Of a DNA stretch of 64,000 nt, positions 1-11,200 are shown piece after piece. The DNA comes from a virus. Numbering within the stretch: position 1 is the stretch's first letter; each line of letters opens with the position of its first letter. The position numbers were made by a program, and so were the translations under genes. Under the pieces are notes generated by a model. It did not search any database and was not told where the DNA came from. It saw only the letters and a program-made list of their open reading frames with translations. The stretch lies in the IMG/VR virus record IMGVR_UViG_3300045806_000063, positions 64,001 through 128,000 of that record, one strand, 5' to 3'.

Positions 1-754
1 AGAAGATTTACAGTTATCACTTGAAACTATAGTCACCTACGTGAATGATCTAGGAACTTCAATAGGGGCTACTGGACCTACAGGTGCTACGGGTTCTGTA
101 GGTCCTATTGGCCCTTCTCAATTTACCACTGTATCATCAGATTTTCAGATAGTGGACAACGTGCTAGAACTATATAGAGCTATTGCAATTAATCATTTTT
201 ATAATTCAGTAAATACTGTTGAAATAGGAACAACTATAACCTCAGTAGATTTAATCTGGTCTAGTAATAAAACTCCAACTACTATATCGTTAACTGGAGA
301 TGGGACAACCTCTCTTTTATTAACTGCTACGGGGCAGAATATTACAGGTCTGTCATTAACCTCTACAGCAACGTGGAACCTAACTATGTCTGATGGAATT
401 AATGAAGCTTCAGCATATACTACGGTTAATTTTGAACCATTAGCTTATTGGGGAGTCTCTTCATTAACGGCCCTTGATAATGCTGAGGTTTTAGCTTTAG
501 CATCTAGTGACTTTAGCTACGGTACATCCTTAAGTAATGTAGTTTATGACTGCACTGGAGGAGCATATCCGTACTATGTCTATCCTGCTTCATTCGGACT
601 ACTTTCAAATGTGACAGTAGGGGGTTTATCCTTCTCAGATTATGAAACAACTGTACTATCGTTAACTAACACTCAAGGCTTCACTCAGTCGTATAATGTC
701 GTTAGATTTAACGGACTTCAAACTGGTAATTCACTTAGGGTGAACTGGTCATGA
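1..754 (+). CDS. Virion/tail-fibre-associated protein with short collagen-like repeat (5' truncated)
   Basis: Frame is open from base 2 ([18 protein letters not shown]...), so the true start lies upstream of the window. G-x-T triplets ([17 protein letters not shown]), then a Ser/Thr-rich beta-type domain. Stop overlaps the next start (ATGA). Confidence 0.6.
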   Translation, partial: EDLQLSLETIVTYVNDLGTSIGATGPTGATGSVGPIGPSQFTTVSSDFQIVDNVLELYRAIAINHFYNSVNTVEIGTTITSVDLIWSSNKTPTTISLTGDGTTSLLLTATGQNITGLSLTSTATWNLTMSDGINEASAYTTVNFEPLAYWGVSSLTALDNAEVLALASSDFSYGTSLSNVVYDCTGGAYPYYVYPASFGLLSNVTVGGLSFSDYETTVLSLTNTQGFTQSYNVVRFNGLQTGNSLRVNWS

Positions 755-2073
755 CAGGAACTACACCAATCGCAGGAACTAATATAGCGGCACCAGTGAC
801 GCCGTTTACTTCAGCAGATACTTACCCCACTCATTATTCCAAGTATGGACAAGGTGGTTGGCAGGAAATAGACACATTTACTGATACTGCTACTATCTCT
901 ACGGAAAGATTAGTGGTGGGGATGGCTGTTTCCTGTAAGGATACTGGAGAGGTCTACCGATTATTAGCAGACAGCTCCTGGGAACCGCTAGGAGTAATAG
1001 GTCCAACTGGACCTGCAGGTCCAACTGGTGATATAGGACCTACTGGTCCTACGGGTCCGACAGGCCAAGCCGCTTCTGGCAATCCTATTTATGTTCAAAC
1101 CATAGCTCCTACAAATCCAGTTCCTGGAGATATTTGGATAGATCCACTTTCCCCGTCTCCTGCCTTTGTAGGACCTACTGGTCCTGCTGGACCTACAGGA
1201 GTAAGTGGGCCCACTGGGGCTGATGGAGTTACTGGAGCGACTGGAGCAACCGGTTCGGTATCTACAATAGCTGCTGCTCGTAACACATCCTATCTGTTTA
1301 CTGACTTTATTTCGTCTACACCTGTTGGAATTGCTCCTTATAACACTTTAAGCATAGGAACTGAAGTACCATGGACAGGACCTCCTACGAGTCTACCTAA
1401 TGTAAACCACCCTGGAATAATTACGTTATATACTGGCGGAACTTCTGCAGCATCAGGAAATTCAATAACTAGTGATACTGCAGAATACGTCATTGCTCCT
1501 GTAGCAATTACTGCTAACCCAAATGGTACTCAACTAGACCATGTGGCTTGTGTACAGTTTAGTACATTTGATGCTACTGACAATTTCTTATCTGGGTTCT
1601 CAGATTCGAATGGAGCTAACTACGGTTCTAATGGTGTATTTTTCTATAAAGATACAGCGACCACAATGCGCGGATTCGCTTATTTACAAGGAGCTTGGTT
1701 ACCTGGTGTGACAGGATATGTACCTGCTGCAGTTACTGCTGGGGGCGCTGGAGCTCAGACAGTTACTTCATTTACCCCATTAGTAAATACATGGTACACT
1801 CTACACTTGATAATTTCTATGTCATTTTCAAGTGGTTTAGTCACTGTAGCTGACACCACCGATATAACCTTTACTATAACCGATTCTACAGACACTGTAG
1901 TTTGGACAGATACAATTACTCCAACTACTACAGGCGTTCCATCAGCAGATTATATTCCAGGTCCGGCATATCCTGTTAAAAGTCAGGTATCAGGATGGTC
2001 TACGGCTGGCACTAATGCTCCATTTTTAAATTTAGATTACATTATCACTCAGGTAAGTAATTTAGTTCGATAA
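751..2073 (+). CDS. Collagen-repeat tail fibre/whisker protein
   Basis: Two GPT collagen blocks. N-terminal DTYPTH..GQGG motif typical of phage fibre proteins. Thr-rich lectin-like C-terminus. Confidence 0.7.
   Translation: MTGTTPIAGTNIAAPVTPFTSADTYPTHYSKYGQGGWQEIDTFTDTATISTERLVVGMAVSCKDTGEVYRLLADSSWEPLGVIGPTGPAGPTGDIGPTGPTGPTGQAASGNPIYVQTIAPTNPVPGDIWIDPLSPSPAFVGPTGPAGPTGVSGPTGADGVTGATGATGSVSTIAAARNTSYLFTDFISSTPVGIAPYNTLSIGTEVPWTGPPTSLPNVNHPGIITLYTGGTSAASGNSITSDTAEYVIAPVAITANPNGTQLDHVACVQFSTFDATDNFLSGFSDSNGANYGSNGVFFYKDTATTMRGFAYLQGAWLPGVTGYVPAAVTAGGAGAQTVTSFTPLVNTWYTLHLIISMSFSSGLVTVADTTDITFTITDSTDTVVWTDTITPTTTGVPSADYIPGPAYPVKSQVSGWSTAGTNAPFLNLDYIITQVSNLVR
1000..1257 (+). repeat. Collagen-like Gly-X-Y coding repeats (two blocks, ~1000-1070 and ~1171-1257)
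   Basis: Recurrent ggtccaact/ggacctact 9-mers encoding GPT/GPA/GAT. Confidence 0.9.
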
Positions 2074-2089
2074 TTCAAAGGAGATTTAC

Positions 2090-2554
2090 ATGTCAAATTC
2101 TTTATATGATAGTGCTCGAATTGCATTCGGTACTGCTGGTATTAATTGGTTAGGAGATAACATTAAAGCCGCTATACTAACACCAGCTTATCCCGGTGGT
2201 AGCGTTTCCATCTCTGGGGATAGTGAGTTTACTGCCATTGCCCCGTATATACTGGCAGGTACAACTGCTAGCGTTACACTCACCACTAAGGTTACCTCAG
2301 TTGGCGCATTGGCAGGGGCAATGTCTTCTGATCCCGTTACCTTTGTAGCACTGACAGCTGGGCAGATTATAGGGTATATCGCATTATACAAAGATCCCGA
2401 CCCCACTAATATCAATGGTATTCCTGCGATTGGTAATCAGGCTTCATCTCCATTGATTGCTTTATTTGATTCAGGGTATGGGATTGGTGCAGGAACTAAC
2501 GGGAGTAACATTGAGATAACATGGGACCCGATTAACGGTATTTTTAGATTGTAG
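2090..2554 (+). CDS. Small phage virion structural protein
   Basis: GGAG RBS. MSNSLYD..R..F....INW..D.IKAA N-terminus resembles a widespread phage tail-module family (recognised from memory). Confidence 0.55.
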   Translation: MSNSLYDSARIAFGTAGINWLGDNIKAAILTPAYPGGSVSISGDSEFTAIAPYILAGTTASVTLTTKVTSVGALAGAMSSDPVTFVALTAGQIIGYIALYKDPDPTNINGIPAIGNQASSPLIALFDSGYGIGAGTNGSNIEITWDPINGIFRL

Positions 2555-2560
2555 AAATCT

Positions 2561-5500
2561 ATGAACCTTATACCTTTTCCCTTAAGTTATGACTTTAACT
2601 ACTGGAACTTTACTTACTCCACGTTAGCAGCAGGAGGTTCACAAGCTGGCATAACTGTTAGTACTGCCGAGTACATGAACCCTGCGAGTTCCTCTAACCT
2701 TACCACACAGATAGTCGCTGATGTAGGCTCTTTTGGCGGAGTAGATATTAGTATGGATCTACTCCCTAATACGGAGTATACGATAAGCTTTTCTGTAATG
2801 GGTATTGATAGCAATGTAGGACCTTTGGCTTTACGGTTATCATATTCTGCACCACCCGGTCCGCCTGAAATGTACTGGAATGGATCAGGAGTAGCAGGGT
2901 ATAATACAGCGGGAGATGTGTTTGAGTATCCACCACTCTATGTTCCAGGTACTGATTCTTATGTTCAGTACACATGGACACTCACTACGCCATCTACTTG
3001 GGTTACTGGATCTACAAATAACACGATATTTACTATCTATCTAACTGGCGCAACTGCACTATCATTCTACGGTTTAGAAGTTAACACAGGGCCAACTCCT
3101 GACACATACGTCGAACCTACTTCATTTGCATATGACATAGCGTCAATTCCATACCTTAACAATTATGTTGAACCGTATGCCGCATATTACCCGTCAGTGG
3201 ATTTATACAATAACATTGGTGAAAGACTCACTATACCATTTGATCCTAGTAGTTTAGCCACTACCACGATATTAGGTAAAAACTTTATCCCGTATGGGAA
3301 TACATTTGGGAAACTGTTAAACCCTACCACTTATGCATACACTGTAAATCCTTATTCAGGTTTAGTAGTCAATGCTAACACGGTATTAGCTCCAGTAGAC
3401 CCTATAAATAACCCAGCTTACTTAGGTTATTGTGCAGACGTATTAATGCCATCCTCTAATCCAGCACTGTTAACTAATTATAGTGGTGCTACGATAATCT
3501 GGCCTAATATTCCAGCTATGGTGATTGGAGATGTGTATACCGTCAGTGTATGGGCAAAAGCTAAATACTTACCATTAACCGCCTCAATAACAATGTCTCC
3601 TGGAGGAAATTGGTCTACTGGTATCCAGTCGCCAGGCTCTGAAGGCAATCTAGCAGATCCTGCATGGAAAACTCTTAATGGGTATTTCAGTATAATTCTA
3701 CAGAACGACACAAATAACGCAGGGCTAAGCAGTGATGAAGGAATTCCTTCGTCGATACATATCCCTACTGCTGATTTATTATTTACTAAACGTGCAGATC
3801 AAATTTCTGCTACTTCCATTAATGGAGTATCCTCCTTAGTAATGCAGAGTTATTTAACTGGATTAACTTACGATATATCAACAGTTCTAGAATCAACTTT
3901 ACCGGTAGATGTCTTAGCTGCTAAGTACGGGGTTGTTCTTTATCAAGATATTCCATATAACGCAAACCTTGATACTTACAATTATGATTTTTGGGCTAAA
4001 ATAGCTCAGGATCAGTTAGTGACTATCGGTGGTACTTCTTCGGTAGTTATCAATTCTGCAATCCATGCTGAAATAATTAGCTGGGCTATGATTTACACAT
4101 TACTAGATGGTAGTAAAGTAGTAGTGTTGCAGAAATGGTTTGATACACTTGAAGGAGATTCTTGGAGATGGCAACAGAGTTATGGATATTTAACCTACTC
4201 TAGTACATTACAAGATTTTACAAAACCTGTAGGGTTTGGCTTTGTTTTTAGTGGATCGTTGTCCATTTATGGAGGTCTTAGAATTTATGACCATAACCCA
4301 GCCGCTTCAGCTCCTTTAGTAATTGACACTGCGACTTGGACTAGATTTAATTTAACATTCACTGCCACGGAAGGAATGTCTGCCTTATCACATTTTTATG
4401 ACCAGCCTGGTATCAGTACAGGGTCATATGTAGCACCTCAAGACAATAGCTTAAACATCTATATATTTCAACCAACAGAGCCTATTCCTAATACTACATT
4501 TTTACCTTGGGCTCCAGTATGGTCGGCGGTAGAACTATATGGATTAATGATTAATGCAGGTCCTACCCCTGGGATTTATTTTCCTGATCCATCATCACCT
4601 GTAACCTATGGAACTAATGGGATTAAACCTCTAGTCAATACGTCTTCTCCTGCCATCTCATATGCAACTGGAGATATAACGATTTCTGTACCAGGCATTC
4701 CTGCGTGGTCAGATAAACCACATCATCCAATTGGTATAAATGTTACTGGATCTAACTCCTACTCATCAGCTTTAACCTTTTTAAATCTGATGAAGTTATC
4801 AACTGCTGGAAAGGTCAAGACTATCAATGATCCTACTGGTACTTGGGTTAATGGCCCTGTGCATGGCTGGAACCTTTATAGATCGATATCAGTGAATGGG
4901 ATAGATACGTCTTTCAATGTCTTAGATACCGAAGTAAATTTATCAGCTCCAACTTTTGTTACAGCAGCAACTACTATGACTAGTTTAGTTGCATCAGGTG
5001 ATAACTATACTGCTTTTAACCCTACAAACCTAGTACGAACTTTAACAGGTATAGGTGTAGCTCCAAACACAAAAGTAGTTGACTATGTTGTAAGTTTAGA
5101 TGGTCTCACTATTACATGGACAGTTGACACTCCATTTACAGGGGACTCTAGTGGGTCTTACCAGATACACATGGAATTAGTGGATAGCATTGATGCAATG
5201 GCATTAGACTCTGATGGATACCCTACCATCTTACCAGCAGGATATTACCTATATGGGATTGTTTACCGAAGCACTCCGTTGTCATTTATGATGGCAAATG
5301 TTTCCATATATGACATGCCTTATCTTCGCTCTGGACTCTATAAATTGACTTGGGATGGTACAGGGACTGTTAGTTTAAATACGAACATCTCCATGGTTCC
5401 AGCACAGTTTCCAGCTACTGTAGTATCTGGTACTTCAAATAGCGTTATATATTCAGTAGATTGCAGTGGGAATACCATTGATGGAATATCTACAGCTACA

Positions 5501-7069
5501 AAAAGCTGTTATGGTCCAACGACCACTATACCGATAACTGACAGTCAAACTGGTTTTGTAATAGCTATACTATCTACCGACCCAGGAGGAACAGGAGATT
5601 ATGTCAGAAACATTAAGTTGTTTGAAGTGGCTTATGAATCAAACGTATTAGCAGGTGAGATATTCTATCCTGAGTTTATAAGTCGTTTAGCTGATTTTAA
5701 ATGCTTGAGATTTTTAGACTGGGTACGCGGTGATTCATATCAGCCTTTAACTACAATTGAAAACTTAACAGTAGAATCTGAAGTTAGTTGGACTAATAAT
5801 AACATGGTTCCTTACAGTGTCATTATTAGCTTATGCAATCAATTGCAAAAGGACTGCTGGTTAAATGTACCACCATATTCAACAGATGGTGATGCATTCT
5901 ATAAACATATCGCTAACCTCTTTCAAACTACGCTGGATCAGTCATTACGTTTATATGTTGAATATGGCAATGAACAATGGAATGGCGGTTTAGGACCTGG
6001 TTACTGGCTAGATAAAGGGGCGGCGTACTACGGGATAGTTAGTCCTATAGTAAACCCTCCCAATCCTGCATTTTATAATGAGATGTATTTCTACGCAATG
6101 ATGTCCCAATATGTGTTCACTATCTTTGATGATATATTCTCTGGATTTAAGGGACAGTTAATACCTGTAAGGCAATGGGATAATCCTAGAACACAACGAC
6201 GGCGTCTATTCAGATGCTTAAGTACTATGATTAATGGACAGACCATTACTAGTCAGATATGGCAGTTTGCTTTACTCTTTACTAAGGGCGCATATGGGAT
6301 ACCATATGACGTTATAACACCTAACGCATATATCGATATTTTAAACGATCCAACATATGTTGCTAATCAACGGTCAGCAGCACCTGCTGAATACCCATGG
6401 ACTATGTCTGAACTAATACCTATCTACTGGAATCAGGCTAATGTACAGATGACCCAGGAGGCTGCGGCTACTGCAGGGATATTAGCTAGTCAACCGTTAG
6501 CAGGATACCCCACAGGGTTGTTAGGTGTAGATGCCACAGGTACGCAGTTTAACCCATTAATATGCTTTTATGAAGGAGGCATGGGGAGTGCCGGTCCTGG
6601 CCCGCATATGCTTCAAGGATTAACAGATCTATTACAAGGATACGATGGAGCTTTAGCGACTACGTATAACATTACACTAACACAGTTAGAGTGGTGGAAA
6701 AATACCATGATACCAATGATGTCTGGAGATACAGATGCTATCGTGTATAATATCTGGGAAACTGCTGGTAACTGGGGAGGGTCTGATCAATGGGGATTAG
6801 CAGACAAAGGACTGTATAGCGATACCGAGTATTATCAGTTTCCTAAAGCTACAGTCTTTACTCAGTCTTCAGGTCGTATGGGGTACTCTACCACGATTTT
6901 AAATGGAGCACCTCCAGGGTTAATGTTAGCGAAACCACAAGTAAGAATAGGGAATGCCTGGGTTCCTGCTTATAACGTCTATGTAGCTGATGAAACAGGT
7001 AATTGGATAATAGCAGGAGGCAATACCTTAAACGTATGGTTAGGTGGTGCTTGGACTAACCCACCATAA
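2561..7069 (+). CDS. Large tailspike-like protein: CBM-like domains plus C-terminal glycoside-hydrolase-like domain (putative depolymerase)
   Basis: CBM4/9-like signatures (PNTEYTISF, GDVYTVSVWAK, WTRFNLTF). IFYPEFISRL...LRFLDW...VPYSVIISLCNQL..DCWLNVP...LYVEYGNEQWN matches a GH-like 'cellulose-binding protein' motif set with an NE acid/base-like motif. Confidence 0.65.
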   Translation: MNLIPFPLSYDFNYWNFTYSTLAAGGSQAGITVSTAEYMNPASSSNLTTQIVADVGSFGGVDISMDLLPNTEYTISFSVMGIDSNVGPLALRLSYSAPPGPPEMYWNGSGVAGYNTAGDVFEYPPLYVPGTDSYVQYTWTLTTPSTWVTGSTNNTIFTIYLTGATALSFYGLEVNTGPTPDTYVEPTSFAYDIASIPYLNNYVEPYAAYYPSVDLYNNIGERLTIPFDPSSLATTTILGKNFIPYGNTFGKLLNPTTYAYTVNPYSGLVVNANTVLAPVDPINNPAYLGYCADVLMPSSNPALLTNYSGATIIWPNIPAMVIGDVYTVSVWAKAKYLPLTASITMSPGGNWSTGIQSPGSEGNLADPAWKTLNGYFSIILQNDTNNAGLSSDEGIPSSIHIPTADLLFTKRADQISATSINGVSSLVMQSYLTGLTYDISTVLESTLPVDVLAAKYGVVLYQDIPYNANLDTYNYDFWAKIAQDQLVTIGGTSSVVINSAIHAEIISWAMIYTLLDGSKVVVLQKWFDTLEGDSWRWQQSYGYLTYSSTLQDFTKPVGFGFVFSGSLSIYGGLRIYDHNPAASAPLVIDTATWTRFNLTFTATEGMSALSHFYDQPGISTGSYVAPQDNSLNIYIFQPTEPIPNTTFLPWAPVWSAVELYGLMINAGPTPGIYFPDPSSPVTYGTNGIKPLVNTSSPAISYATGDITISVPGIPAWSDKPHHPIGINVTGSNSYSSALTFLNLMKLSTAGKVKTINDPTGTWVNGPVHGWNLYRSISVNGIDTSFNVLDTEVNLSAPTFVTAATTMTSLVASGDNYTAFNPTNLVRTLTGIGVAPNTKVVDYVVSLDGLTITWTVDTPFTGDSSGSYQIHMELVDSIDAMALDSDGYPTILPAGYYLYGIVYRSTPLSFMMANVSIYDMPYLRSGLYKLTWDGTGTVSLNTNISMVPAQFPATVVSGTSNSVIYSVDCSGNTIDGISTATKSCYGPTTTIPITDSQTGFVIAILSTDPGGTGDYVRNIKLFEVAYESNVLAGEIFYPEFISRLADFKCLRFLDWVRGDSYQPLTTIENLTVESEVSWTNNNMVPYSVIISLCNQLQKDCWLNVPPYSTDGDAFYKHIANLFQTTLDQSLRLYVEYGNEQWNGGLGPGYWLDKGAAYYGIVSPIVNPPNPAFYNEMYFYAMMSQYVFTIFDDIFSGFKGQLIPVRQWDNPRTQRRRLFRCLSTMINGQTITSQIWQFALLFTKGAYGIPYDVITPNAYIDILNDPTYVANQRSAAPAEYPWTMSELIPIYWNQANVQMTQEAAATAGILASQPLAGYPTGLLGVDATGTQFNPLICFYEGGMGSAGPGPHMLQGLTDLLQGYDGALATTYNITLTQLEWWKNTMIPMMSGDTDAIVYNIWETAGNWGGSDQWGLADKGLYSDTEYYQFPKATVFTQSSGRMGYSTTILNGAPPGLMLAKPQVRIGNAWVPAYNVYVADETGNWIIAGGNTLNVWLGGAWTNPP

Positions 7070-7105
7070 CACTTCCCATGTAACTATAAGAAAGGATAAT
7101 TCGTT

Positions 7106-7417
7106 ATGAAATTAACAGATCTTAATCCACGCTGGGTGCAGTATAGTGGACAGAAACTTGGTATTATATTTGACTGCCCACACTGCAGACAAATTAGACT
7201 GTCAGTTGCTTTTCATCATGACTTTTTCGAGATAAATAGAAGCTTTGAACTAGACATAGAAGATCAATTTATACTTGCAACTAACCCATCTGCTAAAATC
7301 TGGACAGAAACAAATCCAGAACCAGATACGTTCGATAATCTAACACTAACCCCTTCCATTGACTGTTCTGCTAGTGGACACTGGCATGGTTTTATATCAA
7401 ACGGGTTCATTAAATGA
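7106..7417 (+). CDS. Small putative metal-binding protein (DUF6527-like)
   Basis: CPHC plus LTLTPSIDC...GHWHGFI.NG motif; AAGGA RBS. Confidence 0.55.
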   Translation: MKLTDLNPRWVQYSGQKLGIIFDCPHCRQIRLSVAFHHDFFEINRSFELDIEDQFILATNPSAKIWTETNPEPDTFDNLTLTPSIDCSASGHWHGFISNGFIK

Positions 7418-7448
7418 AGTGTACTGCTCAATAACGTAGCGGTTGATA

Positions 7449-7480
7449 AAGAATGGGTGACTATAATGTCACCCATTCTT
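7449..7480. terminator. Intrinsic terminator hairpin
   Basis: aagaatgggtgac-tataat-gtcacccattctt followed by T-rich run, after the 7417 stop. Confidence 0.75.
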
Positions 7481-7547
7481 TTAATTATTTGAAATCATTC
7501 TATGTCATACCAGTCGATATCATATTCTTCAATATAAGGAATTCAAA

Positions 7548-7988
7548 ATGCCTGCACAATTTACACCACCGTTCAATTTTGATACAATAGTAGGAGCCGT
7601 TCCTATTGATGACTTACAGCAAACAATTACTGCAATTGCTGCAGCAATCAATAACAATGCTGCCGCTACTCTGCAACTGCAAACAGCTACTTTGTCTACT
7701 GGCGTCTCCGGTATCACACTGCCTGCAAATTCCGCAATCACACAAATTGCTGTTCGTAATGCTTCAGATACCGCAGTCACTGCATTTACTGCTGGTACGA
7801 CCAGTTCTGGCACTGAAGTGTTGACCGCTACTGCCGTAGCTGCTAATGGTAACACTGCTAGTGCTCTTACAATCGTGCATTCTTCAACTTTGGAAGTTAG
7901 CGCTTTTGTACCCAGTACCGAACTGTTCTTTAACTGGGTAGGCGCTACTCCTTTGACAATAACCGTTGCTTACTTCATTGTCGGTTAA
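7548..7988 (+). CDS. Small virion structural protein (probable paralog of the 8034 C-terminal domain)
   Basis: Ala/Thr-rich. LPANSAITQI..N...AGTTSSGTEVLTA aligns by eye with [11 protein letters not shown]...[13 protein letters not shown] of the next gene. Confidence 0.6.
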   Translation: MPAQFTPPFNFDTIVGAVPIDDLQQTITAIAAAINNNAAATLQLQTATLSTGVSGITLPANSAITQIAVRNASDTAVTAFTAGTTSSGTEVLTATAVAANGNTASALTIVHSSTLEVSAFVPSTELFFNWVGATPLTITVAYFIVG

Positions 7989-8033
7989 GGTTAGTCCTGT
8001 ATACTCAATTTATTTTTAATAAGGATTTATTCT

Positions 8034-8633
8034 ATGCCCGATACTACTATAAAAACGATAAATAACGTAAAGTTAGACCATAACTTTTCTGTTCTGGATT
8101 CCCGAGTACATACACTTGAAACTACCCCATCTGGTGCCACCGGTCCTACCGGAGCCACCGGTCCTACCGGAGCCACTTCTGGCATCACTGGCCCAACCGG
8201 TGGTACTGGACCTACCGGTGGTACTGGACCTACTGGTCCTACCGGGGCCACTGGACCTACCGGGGCCACTGGACCTACCGGGGCTGCTGGACCTACCGGT
8301 CCTACTGGGGCTACCGGTGCTGCTGGCGGTCCATTGACCGCTACTGTTACCTTAGCTGCCAATGGCACTATCGACCTGCCAGCAAAGGCTGTAATTTCAG
8401 ATATTATCTTTGATAATCCATCTGGAACAGGCGTAACATTGACAGTTGGTACTACTCTGGGTGGGACAGATGTTGTGACCGCTGTTGAATTAGCCAGTGA
8501 AACTATTCAAGCTGTCGGAGCTGCAGGTTTAGGTATTCGTGCATTTTACAATATACAAACCCTGTATATCGATTCTGGATATTGGGGCACTGCATCTGCT
8601 ATCATTACTATAGCTTATACGCTGGCTGGTTAG
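8034..8633 (+). CDS. Collagen-repeat virion fibre protein
   Basis: About 20 G-X-Y triplets between short N- and C-terminal domains; AAGGA RBS. Confidence 0.75.
   Translation: MPDTTIKTINNVKLDHNFSVLDSRVHTLETTPSGATGPTGATGPTGATSGITGPTGGTGPTGGTGPTGPTGATGPTGATGPTGAAGPTGPTGATGAAGGPLTATVTLAANGTIDLPAKAVISDIIFDNPSGTGVTLTVGTTLGGTDVVTAVELASETIQAVGAAGLGIRAFYNIQTLYIDSGYWGTASAIITIAYTLAG
8133..8328 (+). repeat. Collagen-like GPT/GAT tandem repeat
   Basis: Near-tandem 18-nt units such as ggggccactggacctacc and ggtggtactggacctacc. Confidence 0.9.
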
Positions 8634-8647
8634 TCACTGTTAAAATG

Positions 8648-8683
8648 AGATTGTCTACCGTCCTTAGGGACGGTAGACAATCT
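8648..8683. terminator. Hairpin terminator ending the fibre operon
   Basis: 16-bp perfect arms agattgtctaccgtcc/ggacggtagacaatct, loop TTAG. Confidence 0.85.
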
Positions 8684-8737
8684 TTATTAATATACGACTT
8701 TTGTCAATTTTATAGTGCAATCAAATAGAGATATCTA

Positions 8738-11200
8738 ATGTTCTTTAAATCAATATACTTGAAAGGCTGTAAATCCTTACGAGTTTTAAGTAACACTGAT
8801 GCAATCCAAATCTTCCCAACTACTGATCTAACGATGGTACTTGGAACTAATGGTGGAGGGAAAACAAGTTTACTAAGACAGATAACTCCAGAAGGAGCTA
8901 CGGAGAAAAACTTTATAATCGGTGGTAGCAAGATAGTAGATATAACTCATCGTGGATCTGAATATAAACTAACTTCAATAGTTGGGAAAACACCAAAACA
9001 TACTTTTGTTAAAGATGGGACCATTATACATGAGAATGTGACAACCAGTGTCCATAATCAAAAGGTTGTAGAGGAGTTTAACTTCAGCCCAGTTATCCAT
9101 AAGCTTTTAATAGGTGACTTGCATTTTACTCAAATGACTCCTACTGATCGTAAGGAAATATTAACACTAATAAACCCACTAGATTTAACATATGGGTTAA
9201 AGTTTCATTCTGACCTTAAGGAACAGATACATGATACTCAAGCTGTGCTTAAGCATATAACAATTAAAAATGCTGATAACAGAACTAAGTTAAATGCATT
9301 AAAGGTACCAGCAAACATTAATGAAACAAAGGAAAAGATAGAAGCTGAAATTAGCAGACTGCTTCCCTTCTCTGTTATGGAAGTAGATAGCGTTCCAGGG
9401 ACTATCAGCGCCATGCAAAAACAGTTACAAGAGTTAGAAAAGAAGTTTGATAGGTTTGATAACAGAAGAGTTTCGTCTGATAAGATTACCACAATTGAAG
9501 ATTTAAATGAATATGTAAATGAACTTAGTACTGAGCGTTTAATTATTCAAACTGGGATTGATAACCTAAATAAAGAACACTTTGCTTTGTCTAGTATTGG
9601 TTCTGATATTTTAACTCAAGAAATGACAAAAGTGGAAATTGAAGAAAAGATATATTATCTAACTGAGACTCTGGCTAATAAATATAAAGTCGCCATAGAT
9701 ATCCATTTAGACGGAGCTGACTTAGATAAGATGCAGTTAGGCTATGGTAAGATAGGTGAAACCCTTCATGATATATGGAGTTGGTTACCTGCAGTAAATT
9801 ATACCCAAGAGGAAATTGCAGTTAAAAGAAAGCGTAATAGTTGGATTAATGAAATCGTCATCGATAAGGAAAGAGAGAATAGAGTACTGCAGTCTGACCT
9901 TGATCATTATAAAAACCCAGAATCAATTATGACCTGTCCAAGATGTAATACTCAGTTCATTAAGTCAGGTGGAGATCTAGTCACATTAATCAACCATACT
10001 AACATAACCTTTAGTGCAAATGTTCAGTTAATCGATGGCTTAAATAAGGAACGTGAAGCACTCTCTATTGAACTATCAGATATACTGGCACAAGAGGAGG
10101 CAGTTAGTCGTATCTCCTTACTAAAGCGATATACGGCGGAATGTATGGAGTTCTGGAGTGAGTTTAGTTTAGCGACTGACATTATATTCAAAAGAGACAT
10201 CACAGCTAATAAATTACACCGATATATTTCAGGAATAACATATGCTAAAGAAAAATTAGAATTGGAAGCAGAACTTAACAGATATTCAAATCATCTATTA
10301 GTAGCTCAGTCATATGGGGCACACACAGTAGTTCGAACTGAAGCTATCCAAACTGAAATAAATTACAAACTTGAAAAGGTGAATGAACTTAAGGATGAGT
10401 TATCAAAATGTATTAAATTAACAAAGTACATTAAACATTTTTCAGATATATCGGATCAGTATAGTGAACTGGTTAAAGCTCTTAAAGCTAAAGCAGTTGA
10501 AGAAGCAGAACAGTCTGTAAAGAAATATGCTAAAACTAAGATATCCGAACATTACAATGAGGTAGCTCAGCTTCTGCATGTCTGGAATAAATATAATGCT
10601 CTTTTAAATTCCATAACAGAGCTGGATGATGAGCAAGCTAAGTTATCTGAAGAATTAAAGAATCTACGGATAGCTGAAGTTATTATCTCCCCAGTTAAAG
10701 GTGAGATAGCAAGACAGATGCAGGAGTTTATTAATGAGTATACTTCAAGAATTAATCAGATAATAGCTTCTACCTGGTCGTATCATCTGGCTGTTGAACC
10801 ATGTCCAATAGCAAATGAAACACTGAACTATATATTTCCATTAACTGTGATGGATAAAAACATTAGTGATATTTCCGTTGGTAGTAAAAGTCAACGAGAA
10901 ATGATCAATCTAGCGTTTACGTTAGTCATGCGTGAGTATCTGGATCTTAAAGATTATCCCTTATACCTTGACGAATTAGGGGTAGGCTATGATGAAGTCC
11001 ATAGGTCTAACTATATAGAATTTGTAAAGGGACTGTTGAATAGCGACGATTGTAGTCAGATATTTTTCGTTAGTCATTACGATTCAATATTCGGAGCATT
11101 CGCTAATGTAGATACTGTTGTTCTTAATGGTGACAACATTACAGTAGACAGAGAAGTGAATCAAATTGTAATATTTAATGAGGAGTATAAAAATGTCTAG
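8738..11200 (+). CDS. sbcC: SbcC/Rad50-like SMC-family ATPase (phiKZ gp165-like)
   Basis: Walker A GTNGGGKT, coiled coils, CPRC zinc hook, signature SKSQ, Walker B LYLDE, H-loop SH. Confidence 0.9.
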   Translation: MFFKSIYLKGCKSLRVLSNTDAIQIFPTTDLTMVLGTNGGGKTSLLRQITPEGATEKNFIIGGSKIVDITHRGSEYKLTSIVGKTPKHTFVKDGTIIHENVTTSVHNQKVVEEFNFSPVIHKLLIGDLHFTQMTPTDRKEILTLINPLDLTYGLKFHSDLKEQIHDTQAVLKHITIKNADNRTKLNALKVPANINETKEKIEAEISRLLPFSVMEVDSVPGTISAMQKQLQELEKKFDRFDNRRVSSDKITTIEDLNEYVNELSTERLIIQTGIDNLNKEHFALSSIGSDILTQEMTKVEIEEKIYYLTETLANKYKVAIDIHLDGADLDKMQLGYGKIGETLHDIWSWLPAVNYTQEEIAVKRKRNSWINEIVIDKERENRVLQSDLDHYKNPESIMTCPRCNTQFIKSGGDLVTLINHTNITFSANVQLIDGLNKEREALSIELSDILAQEEAVSRISLLKRYTAECMEFWSEFSLATDIIFKRDITANKLHRYISGITYAKEKLELEAELNRYSNHLLVAQSYGAHTVVRTEAIQTEINYKLEKVNELKDELSKCIKLTKYIKHFSDISDQYSELVKALKAKAVEEAEQSVKKYAKTKISEHYNEVAQLLHVWNKYNALLNSITELDDEQAKLSEELKNLRIAEVIISPVKGEIARQMQEFINEYTSRINQIIASTWSYHLAVEPCPIANETLNYIFPLTVMDKNISDISVGSKSQREMINLAFTLVMREYLDLKDYPLYLDELGVGYDEVHRSNYIEFVKGLLNSDDCSQIFFVSHYDSIFGAFANVDTVVLNGDNITVDREVNQIVIFNEEYKNV

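Noticed and set aside
1095-1286. Minus-strand ORF with PVAPVGP repeats
   Set aside because: Antisense shadow of the collagen repeat
8027-8368. Minus-strand ORF, and the +1-frame ORF 8116-8337
   Set aside because: Shadows of the collagen repeat in 8034-8633
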